A program made the position numbers and the translations under genes. 64,000 nucleotides of DNA from an uncultured delta proteobacterium (GTDB lineage Bacteria > Desulfobacterota > Binatia > Bin18). This document shows positions 1-10,203 of this stretch, one piece after another (position 1 is the first letter of the stretch; every line of letters begins with the position of its first letter). The stretch lies in assembly GCA_963733195.1 (NCBI GenBank), contig CAVTCR010000056.1, positions 1 to 64,000 on the forward strand, read 5' to 3'. Under the pieces are notes generated by a model that had not been told where the DNA came from, searched no databases, and saw only the letters and a list, made by a program, of their open reading frames with translations.

Positions 1-1407
1 GTTTTCGGCCAATGAACTTCTCTGTCGACTTTGCGGGCCGCGATGGTGTACGGGTGATCCGGATACATCAGCGCTTCACCCATTGACACCAGACCAACCT
101 GTAGTTTGCTGGAGAGATAAAGTCCTATGGTCAGAGAGAAGATCAGCACAACGACACTAATATACCGACGATTCTCCCTGGCTGAGCCACACCAGAAAAC
201 GACACATCCGCATATAAAAGCGGTCGGAGAGCCGCGTTCCGGCCTGAGGATCGCGATAGGGAGGAGGAAGAAAGGTGAGCAGCACGGATGCAAGGTAATA
301 ACACTGACTGAGATTGTGAGAATCCAAAAGCTGGCGACAAACGCTAAATTCTGAATCACAGGGATACGGGCAATGGCTAAAGTAAGGAGCGCCAATGCGT
401 CAGCGGCAATAGACACAAACGCTGGATCAAACAAACTGAGATATGACGAAACGATAGCCGCACGTTTGTCGCCGAGGCGGTGCATACTCTTGATGGAAAC
501 GTTCCATCGACTGCACCGAGTGGGAAAGCGCGCGGGCGGTAATGAGGACAAACACGACCAGCACGAGCGGATCGAGATGAAGGCCACACAAGCCGGCAAA
601 ACCAAGTGCCCAGAGTGCACTGAGGAACCCGGAAAAGAGCGGTACCAAGACCCGATCCAGGTACGAAAATAGAAGGCGAGCATCAGCGCAATTGTCACGG
701 CTGTGAGGGTAAGTACGAGAAGAAAAGTTGGGTAGTAGTGTTGGACCCACGCATAGAGCATGGGGTAGCCAGTGACGTAGAACCGGGTATTGGTATCCTG
801 ATAGGTGTTTTGCAACTGCTTAACCCGCTGCCACAGGTAGGCGAAGTCCGTGCCTTGTTCCCACAATCCAGCAGTCACAAGTGCCGCTTTGTCGTCGAAT
901 GATACGTGAATGCCACGAATACCGGCATTGGCATATACTTTCTCGCGAATGGCCTGCACTTCCTGTTCGGACTCAGGGACCCTACGCACGATTGGCAAAG
1001 CGGTAATCCCAGAGGCCGATATGGTCACATCGCGAACACTCGGATGGGTGAGCGAAACCACCTGGAACGGATTAATCCCGCGACTATCCATCAGCGCACG
1101 CGTGAGTGAATCGAGTTTTTTCAGTGTTTCTGTGGTGTAGATCGTGCCGTGTTCGACTTCGAGAACAATTTGTAGCACGTTCGCCGTACCCATGAGGTGA
1201 CGATACTCATTGTAGAGCTTGATATACGGATGAGCTGGGGGATAGAGGATCAAAGAAATCGGTATGCACCGCAGATCGCAGAACGCTGTAGCCAAAGAGC
1301 AACGTACCAAGCAGGATGAACGCACAGACTGCAAAACGATGGCGCAACAAAAAATAGAGATATCGTTGTGTGAGTGCGCGCCGGTCAGGAATGAAGGGTG
1401 ATTGCAT
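1..1407 (-). CDS. MMPL/RND-family transporter, second paralog (runs off left edge; several indels)
   Basis: Fragments MQSPFIPDRRALTQRYLYFLLRHRF..., ...VLVPLFSGFLSALWALGFAGLCGLHLDPLVLVVFVLITARALSHSVQSMERFHQEY closely parallel the adjacent MMPL gene at 1790-4202. Confidence 0.85.
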
Positions 1408-1515
1408 GGATATGTCGGGAGGGAAGGGGGAGAGTACATTTCAATTTATTGGTCTTATCTCTTACCTCACGACTCCAGAGTAAACTCAACTGCAATTCGC
1501 TCTAGTAGCTTGTCC

Positions 1516-1755
1516 GAGTCGTTTTGATGAGTGAAGAGGGGTGGCGTCATTCCCGCAAAAGCCTGTCCTGCCTGCGCCAGTGCCGCAAGCACAGGTGAGC
1601 CCAGTCGAAGGGCGGGAATCCAGGCGGTTTAACCTCCGGCCCCTGCTTGAAAATCTTGGATGCCCGCTCCCCAGCCTGTCCCAGGTTCTACCGGGATAGG
1701 GACTGGGGACAGGCTGCGCGGGCATGACGGACTGGAGCTTCTCAAAATCACTCTG
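1516..1755. repeat. Composite nested palindromic (REP/MITE-like) element between the two MMPL genes
   Basis: GTCATTCCCGC..GCGGGAATCCAG..GGATGCCCGC..GCGGGCATGAC framework with further palindromes inside; outer imperfect inverted repeats GAGTCGTTTTGA / TCAAAATCACTC. Confidence 0.65.
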
Positions 1756-1789
1756 ACAGAGTACTCGAGCTAGGGACATGTGGTTCTGA

Positions 1790-4202
1790 TTACGCTCCAG
1801 CCTGTGCCGCTGTCCCACGTGCGAGCGTTTCCTGGGCGATTCGTTCTCCACCTAGAACGCCGAAACGTGGCTTAAGCAGTGACACTGCCGCAGGAATGAA
1901 GATCAAGGCGCCGATGACATGGAAGATCAAAATCAGGCTTAGCAACAACGCCATCTCAGCCTGAAAGCGCATCGGGAAGAAAATCCACAAGGCGACACTG
2001 GCGACCAGCGTGGTGCCAGTGAAGAAAATGGCACGACCTGTCGTCATCAGCGCGCGCTCGTTGGCTTTGTCAAAATCTTTGGCTTCTGCATACTCTTCGA
2101 CGATCCGACTCAACACGTAATAACCGTAGTCGATGCCGATACCGATGCCAACGGCAGCAACAGGCAAGCGAGTTGATGTTCATGTCGATCCCCCACAGGT
2201 ACATGACGGCTTCAGTCAACGGTTGTGCAATCAATGAAGGAAGCATCACAATGATTGCTCCCATGAGCGACCAGTAGGTGAGGTAACTGAGGACGAAAAC
2301 GGTACCGAGGACAAGATAGAGGTTAATGCGATAGGAATTTTCGATTTCCTCGTTCACCGCGGCCAGGAGACCGATCAGCCCACCGGCGAGCCGGAATGTA
2401 ACCTGTTCTTGTGGGTTGGAGGCAATAAACTCCTTGGCTGCTTCGAGCGCATTTTTCGCCACCAAGTTGGAGAAGTCACGATAAAATAGGGTGACGGTGG
2501 CGTTACGATAATCATTGCTAAACAAGCGCCCCGCGTCTTTGCCACCGCTTTGGTCACTGACCGTAAAAAAGACATTACCAATGTCAGAGCGACGCGAGGG
2601 AATGATTTCCCAATTGGGGTCTCCTTCATGGAACATGCGGAACACCCGCTTCAATATGGAAATTGCACTAATCGAACCTGCCGCACCGCCTTGCTGTCGC
2701 ATGTAAGTACTGAAACTCCTCCATGCTCCGCAATACGTCTTCGTTCTTAATCGCGTCGTCCTCCTTGCCTTCGATGACCACGACCATCTGACTGGCGCCC
2801 AGGAATTTCTCGCCGACTTTGCGAGAGGCGATGTTGTACGGGTGGTCGGGGTACATGATCGCTTCGCCAATCGAAACCGTTCCGACGCTTAACTGATGCG
2901 AGAGATAGATTCCGCCCGTGAAGGAGAGGATGAGTGCGATCACACTGATATACCGACGATTACCCTGACTGAGCCACACGAGGAGACGACACATCCCTTC
3001 GTAAAAGCGGTCTGAGAGGCGGGTTCCGGCCTTGGGGTCATGGTGAGGGGGAGGAATGAACGTGAGTAACACAGGATGCAGGGTAATGACACTCACAGTA
3101 ATGGTGAGAATCCAGAAGCTTGATACATAGGCGAAGGTTCTGAATCACGGGAATGCGGGCAACGGCAAGCGTCAGGAGTGCCAACGCATCCGCCGCAATT
3201 GACACGAACGCAGGATCAAAGAGGCTCAGGTAGGACGAAAGAATTGCTTCTTGGCGGTTACCCAGACGAAAATACTCTTCATGGTACCGCTCCATCGACT
3301 GTACTGAGTGCGAGAGGGCACGGGCGGTGATAAGCACGAAGACGACTAAGACCAGTGGGTCGATGTTAAAGCCAAACAGCGCGGCAAAGCCGATAGCCCA
3401 CAAGGCACTGAGCAGTCCAGAAAACAAGGGAACCAACACGCCGATGATGGTACGGAAGTAGAACCACAGTAACACACAGATCACAACCCCAGTGAGGAAG
3501 ATGACACGCAGAATCGCCGGGGAGTAATATTCGACCCAGGCATACAACATCGGGTAACCACTGACGTAAAGCTTGGTGTTGGCGTCCTCATACTGCTGTC
3601 GTAACTCGCCGAGGCGATCCCACAGGTATTGAAAATCGGTGCCTTCCTCCCACAACCCGGCAGTAATCAACGCCGCCTTCCCATCCAGCGAGACATGTAC
3701 GCCCCGCACCCCGGCGGCGGTGTAGACTAATTCACGAATGCCATCGAGCTCCCTTTGGGACTCTGGTACCTTCCTGACGAGCGGCAAAGCTGAGATTCCC
3801 GCCGAGGAGATAGCGATATTTCTGACGCTTGGATGGGTGAGCGAAGTGACCTGGAAGGGATTGACGCCCTTGGTTTCCACCAAGGCGCGCGTCAGACCAT
3901 CAATTTTCTTGAGGGCCTCGATCGTGTAGATATCGCCGTCCTTTACCTCAAGAACAATTTGCAAGACGTTGGCGGTACCGAACATCTGGCGATACTGCTG
4001 ATAGAGTTGAATGTAGGGGTGGCCAGGAGGGTACAGATTGAAGAAATCGGTATGGACGCGCAACTGTGTCGCTTGGTAACCGAGGAACAGTGTACCGAGC
4101 GCGATAAAAATGCACACTCCGAGACGATGACGGAGCAAAAAATACAGATATTGTTGGGTCAGATACCGTCGATCCCATTTGCTCTGAGCGCTTGATTGCC
4201 AT
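1790..4202 (-). CDS. MMPL/RND-family transporter (four consecutive ORF fragments joined by indels)
   Basis: ORFs 3038-4243, 2668-3096, 2070-2870 and 1790-2167 give two MMPL halves, with motifs LITARALSHSVQ and VGIGIGIDYGYY; ATG at 4200-4202 matches the paralog start MQS after removing one extra G. Confidence 0.9.
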
Positions 4203-4299
4203 GCGTTCTTCCTACTTTCAGTCAGAGTGATGTGAGAGCGCAACGAAGGGTCGAGCTCTTACCGACTGAAGAAGGGTGGCGATGCCTACCCGCTATAGC

Positions 4300-5535
4300 T
4301 TATTTTCCGTTTGGTGGACGGACCCAGACTCCTTGTTCAGGAGACTTCCCGCTGGCGAGGACAAGGCCATCCGCTCCGACGAAGAAAGAATGGTCACCTG
4401 GAGTGATTGCTAACCGTCGGAGCCATGACAGGCGATATTCTAATCCTAAGTTCCCGCTTACTCCCATTGCGTCCCGCTGTTGGTTGAGACCAACACTGTC
4501 CCTTTATCCCCAACGATCCAGCCGGTTTCTCCGATGACACCGATATCGTACAGTGCCTCTTGCACGTACCACTCGGTTGAAACTCCCACTGCTGTCCGCC
4601 ATCGCGGGTGTAAGCAATGGTGCCCTCCTGGCCAACGACCCACCCTTGCTGGGGAGAAACAAAATAGGCCCCATACAGACTCGGGGGGGGAGTCAGTGCG
4701 CCAAAAGCCTCCAGTTCCTCATCACTCATGAGTTCTTCATCATCCCTTGTTGGAACCTTCCTGTTTCGGTGGACGCGGCAGAGCAATGCTTTCCCACGTC
4801 TGCCCACCATCCTCCGTGCGCAGTATCCTGGCCTGTTCTCCGACAATCCAGCCGTGGGCAGCGTCAACAAACGTCACCGCATTGAGGACCACGTCTTCCC
4901 GAATACGGACATCGGTGATTCCTTTTTCAAGGATCTTTGCGACTTGATCCCGAGAAATAAGCTGGCCCTTTTTCGCAATGACTTCACCAGTAGCAGGGTC
5001 GACAATATCTTGGAACGCAGCGGGTTCGATTTGTCCACGGCTTTTTAAAATGGTCGATAATGGCTGCTCCTGCCAGTGCTCGCCACCGTCTCCAGTAGAG
5101 AGAATGGTACCCCAGTTTCCCACCGCCCAGCCGTTCTGGCTGTCGATGAAATCAACATCAAAGAGAGGATACGTAACCCCGCTTTGCTGGGCTTTCCAGG
5201 TCTTCCCACCATCCTCAGTGTGAAGAATGCTGCCGCGCTCGCCTACTGCCCAACCACGGTTCTGGTCAGAGAAGTCGACCGCAGTAAGGAGGAGATTCGT
5301 CTTGCTGTTTTGCTCCTCCCAACTCTTCCCTCCATCTGTTGTGTGAAAAATTTTGCCTAATTGTCCGACCGCCCACCCCTCTTCCGGAGTCAGGAAAAAG
5401 GTGCCGTGAAGATTGACCGCCGGGCGCGAAATGCTTTTTTGCTCTGCATGGGAGTGGTGAGGAGAGAGTGCATAATACAGTGAGTGAGATCCAGAATATC
5501 CAGAGGGGGGTGAGCGCCATTCGACACAACGACAC
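4300..5535 (-). CDS. YCF48-like BNR/Asp-box beta-propeller protein (frameshifted)
   Basis: Repeated GWxVGxxGxIxxTxDGGxxW Asp-box units across fragments 5266-5535, 4740-5123 and 4394-4870; N-terminal hydrophobic signal. Confidence 0.85.
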
Positions 5536-5600
5536 GATTATTCTTCTCCTTGGCTGGAATCTTTTGCGCTGGATCTTTTAAGAAAAGCGCAGACGAGAAA

Positions 5601-5628
5601 ATGGGGATGGGATAGCTCCCATCCCCAT
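5601..5628 (-). terminator. Intra-operon stem-loop after the DUF1329 gene
   Basis: Perfect 12-bp stem ATGGGGATGGGA-tagc-TCCCATCCCCAT followed by a short T run on the minus strand. Confidence 0.6.
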
Positions 5629-5633
5629 CTGAC

Positions 5634-7068
5634 TTATTTTCCGTACTCCAAAAATCTTTCCAACTGAAAGATTTCCGAGCCTAAGCCGGTGTTGTACGAA
5701 ACAGTTGGTCCACCGGATCTCCCTCTCAAAATATCCCCGGTGTCCACACCGACGGTGCCTCGATTGGTCTTCTCATCAATAATACTAGTGGCCACCCCGT
5801 CAAGACACACTATTTCCTTACCTCCCTCCACCTTGAAGCGTGGAAACTCGAACCAGAGGCCGCCAGTCCGCCAGTATTCGCCACTGCGATTGTAAATCTG
5901 TTTCCAGTTTGGAGTGAACGAATTCTGTTCTAGGTAGTAAATTTGTCTGCCGTAGTTGTAGTACGGATCTTTCGGCATGGCTTCAACGATATACACCGGC
6001 ACGGGCACCCACAACAGATCGACGGCCCAAAATGAGGCGTATTTCTGGGGGCTCTCCATATTACCGAAGGTTACCTTCTTATAGCGCTGCTGAAAAGAAA
6101 CAGGTACGTTTTTGTATTCGCTACGTTGCGAATGGGTGGCGTCGTAGGTAATGCGCGCGACATAATCATCTGCCGCTTGTTCCGGCGTGCGCGACACTGG
6201 CATCAACGCGACGCCTTTGCCCACATATTTCCACTCCATCATCTCGATCTTGCCGTTATACGACGGAGTGCCGTCGTCTTGGGTAAATTCAGTGCCTAAT
6301 GTCGCATCCGAGCGGTTTGCCGCGGTTAAGCGTTTTACCCGGCGGGTGGAAGGCGAATAGCTCCACACACTATCCCATTTTTTCGGGTCGGCCCACCTCC
6401 AGGTCAAATTGGAACTGCCGAAGGCGTCAGAAGGTTCCGAGAAGAAGAAGATCTCCTGAAAAATAACGGGACGTTCGATCTGAGTAGGCTTTCGACGAAA
6501 ATCAATGTACTGACGTAAGACTTTGGGCACGAAACCCCGATCAGGCCCGCCATCGCGAGGACCGGAAGCGAGCCGGGCCGCTTCATGATCTTGCTCGCCG
6601 CACGAGCCCGCTAACGCGACAACGTTCCACATCATCTTGGTCCCGATTTTCATCGGCGATTCATTAAAATCGATGTCTGGGTACGGATACCCAAGCGGCA
6701 TTGGCCAGGGGCGCTCTGTCGTCCCTTTTTTGACGATGCCTCCGTCTGCATCCACATCGTATTTCCCTTTATTCTGCTCGTTTGAATCGAGGTAATCCTT
6801 ATCCCAGACGTGGGCAAGTAGGTCTGGAGATTCGAACTTGCCGATGGTGAAAATAAGGTCCCCCTTCTTCGTTCTGTTGTAGATCGCTTCGGGAACGAGA
6901 TCTTTAATCAGATCGGCATTCTCTGCGGTGATATTCATCCCAGGTTTCAAGCCGTACTTCTCGGCTATCGCCGTGGTTAATGGGGGAGCATCGGCAGCAT
7001 AAGCACTTGCCCATCCGAGTAGCAAGGCGACCGCAGCAACTCCTACGAAAAAGCGTGGATGTAGTCAT
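5634..7068 (-). CDS. DUF1329 family periplasmic protein
   Basis: 463-aa ORF with DUF1329-type motifs (WSYSPSTRRVKRL, MPKDPYYNYGRQIYY, YNRSGEYWR); ATG at 7068 with AAGGAGG RBS, one indel in the signal peptide. Confidence 0.85.
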
Positions 7069-7085
7069 GGAATCCTCCTTTTATA

Positions 7086-8673
7086 CTAGAGCAAGTAATC
7101 AATACGAAACGCGAGGTTGTCTTTATCTTTGACAGACCGATGCCAATCCGCCGTGTTCGCATTAGCTACAAAACGTCCTTCTAGCCAATTATATTCAATC
7201 CGAAACGGAAGGGATCCCGGATGAAAGTGATCCGGGTTGGATTAACCACGACCCTTCCCAGTCATACAGGAAGACCATTTGCGGTTGGACTTGAGAGATA
7301 TTGAAGAAAGCTCCGGCTGAATAGAGAGTATTGAACCGTAAGGTGTTCGTGAAGCTCGTTGCGATCAATATCGATATACTGCCCCGAGTTTCTTTTGCAG
7401 TGGAACTTTGATGCCGTTTACACCACCTTGAATAGCCGCTGTAAGAACATTTGCCCAGAGATAGAGAAGGTGTTACTGGGGATTCAAGAAGCGCCACCAT
7501 TGATTATGATCAAGACCGATCGAGACCCGGAGGACATCCCGCTTCGGAATCGGGACTCCCAGTTTGAAGTTTTGCTTCTCGATAAAGAACGGATCGTCGA
7601 AAAATTCGGCGACTTCCGTGCGGAAGACGGTATAATTCAGGGCGCTGGTAGCGGTGTGGTTGCGGTGATTCCGACAATTTGCACTTTGGGAAATTTGAGT
7701 TTGATGACAGGATCTCCCTCGCTGTTCAGACGTAAAGCCGGGGTGGCGGCATCAGGATAGGTTGACATATACGCCAGAGAGAAAGAGATATCGTGGTATG
7801 TTCCCATCAGTCTCACACCCCAACGACTATCCTTGAAATGCACGATCCGGACGTTCGAGCTGGTTCCCGCGCAGGCGCCCCTACCGAGCTCGGCAAGACT
7901 TGCCACAAGAGTGGGCGGAAACCCCGTTGGAGACGGTGCGCCTTGCACCCCAAACGGTGTCGGCCCAGGAGCCCCTGCGGGCAGACGTTTGTCCGGTGCG
8001 ATAAACATTTCTATGGCAGTGTTGTAGAGCTCCCATTGGGAGTAATCTCCCAACCCCATCGTTGCGCGGAGCATCGTCAACGGTCGACGTCGTTCATCTA
8101 GAGGGATCAGGAAACCGCCAAACCCGTTATCAAGTGGATTGATACGGTCGAGTAATCGAAAAGCATCCGTCTCCCCCCAGGATAAATTTTGCCGCCCGAC
8201 ACGGATGTTCAGCGTTCTTCAAGAGCTGGAAGTCCCCATAGACCTCGAAAAGTTGAAAGCGGTTGCCCTTTTGCAAACGGGGAGCTAGTGTATCGCTGAA
8301 AATATCCGGCCCGTAATCGTACACGCCATCGTATTCAAAGCGGGGATTAAAGAAAAAGCGGGCATTTTCGATCTGCAGAGGTCAACGAATTCCTCACCAA
8401 AGGGCAACGTGTACGAAGCCACGGTTGTACCTGGACCAGTAATTGCGGATCGACAAAGTAGCGATGCTGCAGCATAGTCCAATCGACGACCTGCGTATTA
8501 AACCGTCTCGGGTCCACGGTGCGCAACCGCAGTTGATTATAGAATACCCCAGAGAGCTGGATCGTCCGTGCTTCGTCTAGGAAAATAGCTTTCGTCGGGC
8601 GGACAGTAACGAAACTTGTAACAACAAATACCACCGACGCCAGTAACGCAGACCACCTCATCCATAAGCGCAT
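7086..8673 (-). CDS. DUF1302 family outer-membrane protein (multiple indels)
   Basis: Signal peptide MRLWMRWSALL..., fragments YDGVYDYGP, QLFEVYGD, WGVRLMGTY, C-terminus KDKDNLAFRIDYLL; canonical position upstream of DUF1329. Confidence 0.75.
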
Positions 8674-8778
8674 TATCTTCCCTCCTTTGCGCAATGGCTA
8701 CACAATCATCAAACAACGACGCAGTAGTCATTGACTTGGTTATGTTGCAAGGATCTTCAATAGGAACGAAGATATTCA

Positions 8779-8794
8779 TGCAAACAGTACGCCA
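8779..8794 (-). promoter_or_regulatory. Sigma54 (-24/-12) promoter for the DUF1302 operon
   Basis: Minus strand TGGCGTACTGTTTGCA has GG-N10-GC spacing, about 105 nt upstream of the DUF1302 start; IHF-like TATCAActgaATG at 8806-8818. Confidence 0.65.
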
Positions 8795-8899
8795 TTCGAC
8801 GAAATTATCAACTGAATGATCATTCAGGTAACGTGACGAGAATAATGTCCCCTGATGATGAAATTTACCCCTCTACTTTGGAATCGATAATGAAGACAG

Positions 8900-8945
8900 C
8901 TGTTACCGAGGTTTCATTTTCGTCTGTTACCAGGGTTTCATTTTC
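8900..8945. promoter_or_regulatory. Tandem 22-bp direct repeat, candidate enhancer (UAS) for a sigma54 activator
   Basis: CTGTTACCGAGGTTTCATTTTC (8900-8921) and CTGTTACCAGGGTTTCATTTTC (8924-8945), 105-150 bp upstream of the -24 element. Confidence 0.5.
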
Positions 8946-9057
8946 ATTTCATACTGAACTTGTCAAGGGAGAGAGAATTTTGAATAAAAATAGCTTGAGA
9001 GTTGAGGGAGTACAGTACTCGCAGGATGGCTTGTTGGCGTATATGAAGGAGGACGGT

Positions 9058-9478
9058 ATGACTGAAACGTGGCAGAGATTGGCGCACTCGCGCTGGGAAT
9101 GCAAGTATCAAGTGGTGTTTATTACAAAGTATAGTAGGAAGGTAATCTATGGCGAGATAAGAGAGAATTTGGGAGGGATCTTATATGAGCTGGCGCGGCA
9201 GAAGGAATGTCGGATTGTGGAGGGGCATTTGTTGGCGGAATATGTACACATGTGTATCGAGATATAGCGCAAGTATGCGGTGGACTCGATTATCGGCTTC
9301 TTGAAGGGCAAGAGTGCGGTGGCGATTGCGAGGCAGTTTGGCGGGAAGCTGAAGAACTTCACGGGTGAGCACTTCTGGGCGCGTGGCTATGCGGTGTAGA
9401 CAGTGGGCTACGAGCTAGAAGAAGGTGACGCGGTACATCAGGGAACAAGAGGCAGAAGATCAGGCGGGGAGATTCTAA
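9058..9478 (+). pseudogene. tnpA: IS200/IS605-family Y1 transposase remnant
   Basis: LAHSRWECKYQVVF..ELARQKECRIVEGH..VHMCIEI*RKYAV..GFLKGKSA..FWARGYAV*TVG..YIREQE; in-frame TAG at 9265 and 9397; HUH motif DHVH changed to EYVH. Confidence 0.9.
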
Positions 9479-9506
9479 CCGCAACTAGCAGTCTTATAAC
9501 TTAACG

Positions 9507-9911
9507 TTACTTTTTCATGAGAGAACTTTCAGTGATAGATATGAGAAGGAACATATGCTCACCGACGTAGAGACGTCCTTCGATGGTCATCAAGGTCCCC
9601 TCGATCTGCGGATCACGCAAGAGATTAAGCAGATGCGGCGGGCCGGTAAAATGCAATTGACGAGGAAAGATGCTTTCTAATAGGCGGGTGCCACTTGGAT
9701 CGCGCCCGCTTAATTTCTCGACTTTGGCAATACGAAAACGCCATTTGGTCTCTTTAATGGAAACAGTCAGAGAAGAGAGTTCGCTGGCTTTCGTCTCATT
9801 GATAGGAAGAAAACTGCCGGTGAAGCGGACGAGTGGTGGAGGTTCAGGGTTGACCTGTGCCGAGGTAAGGGCAGGGCAAAAGAAGATTAACAGCAAGATG
9901 ACAACTGCCAT
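9507..9911 (-). CDS. Hypothetical secreted protein (134 aa)
   Basis: ATG at 9911 with AAGGAGAGG RBS; signal-peptide-like N-terminus MAVVILLLIFFCPALTSAQ. Confidence 0.65.
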   Translation of the reverse strand: MAVVILLLIFFCPALTSAQVNPEPPPLVRFTGSFLPINETKASELSSLTVSIKETKWRFRIAKVEKLSGRDPSGTRLLESIFPRQLHFTGPPHLLNLLRDPQIEGTLMTIEGRLYVGEHMFLLISITESSLMKK

Positions 9912-10029
9912 GAGTCCTCTCCTTTGTTCGGGTGGACAGGGTCGAGTTGGTGCAATAGCTTCTTCGCTCATACCACAGTGAAGATGTGCAATGACAAATG
10001 GCAGTGGGCAGGGAGTGGTACTGGTGGCG

Positions 10030-10121
10030 AAATCCTCCCTGTCCCTCCTTTCCTTTGTCAAAGGAGGGAACCTCAAGCCTCCTTTACAAAAGGGGACCGC
10101 ACGCCGCTCGGGGGGGATTTT
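10030..10121. repeat. Palindromic intergenic repeat (CCTTT..AAAGG type)
   Basis: AAATCC..CCTTTGTCAAAGGAGGG..CCTTTACAAAAGGGG..GGGGGATTT nested inverted repeats. Confidence 0.55.
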
Positions 10122-10203
10122 GAAACAGTGAATACGCCGCTTGCACGCTACCAAGCGAACACAGTAAAACACGCCAGAGCGAAACAAGAAGGAGGGAAAC
10201 GCT

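Noticed and set aside
4300-5535. Photosystem II assembly factor implying phototrophy
   Set aside because: YCF48-like propellers are a standard part of DUF1302/DUF1329/MMPL clusters, and no photosynthesis genes are present.
9058-9478. Diversity-generating retroelement or amber recoding as the cause of the IS200 changes
   Set aside because: DGRs mutate adenines and need a reverse transcriptase and template repeat, none of which is seen. TAG ends several normal genes here, and the HUH motif is also destroyed.
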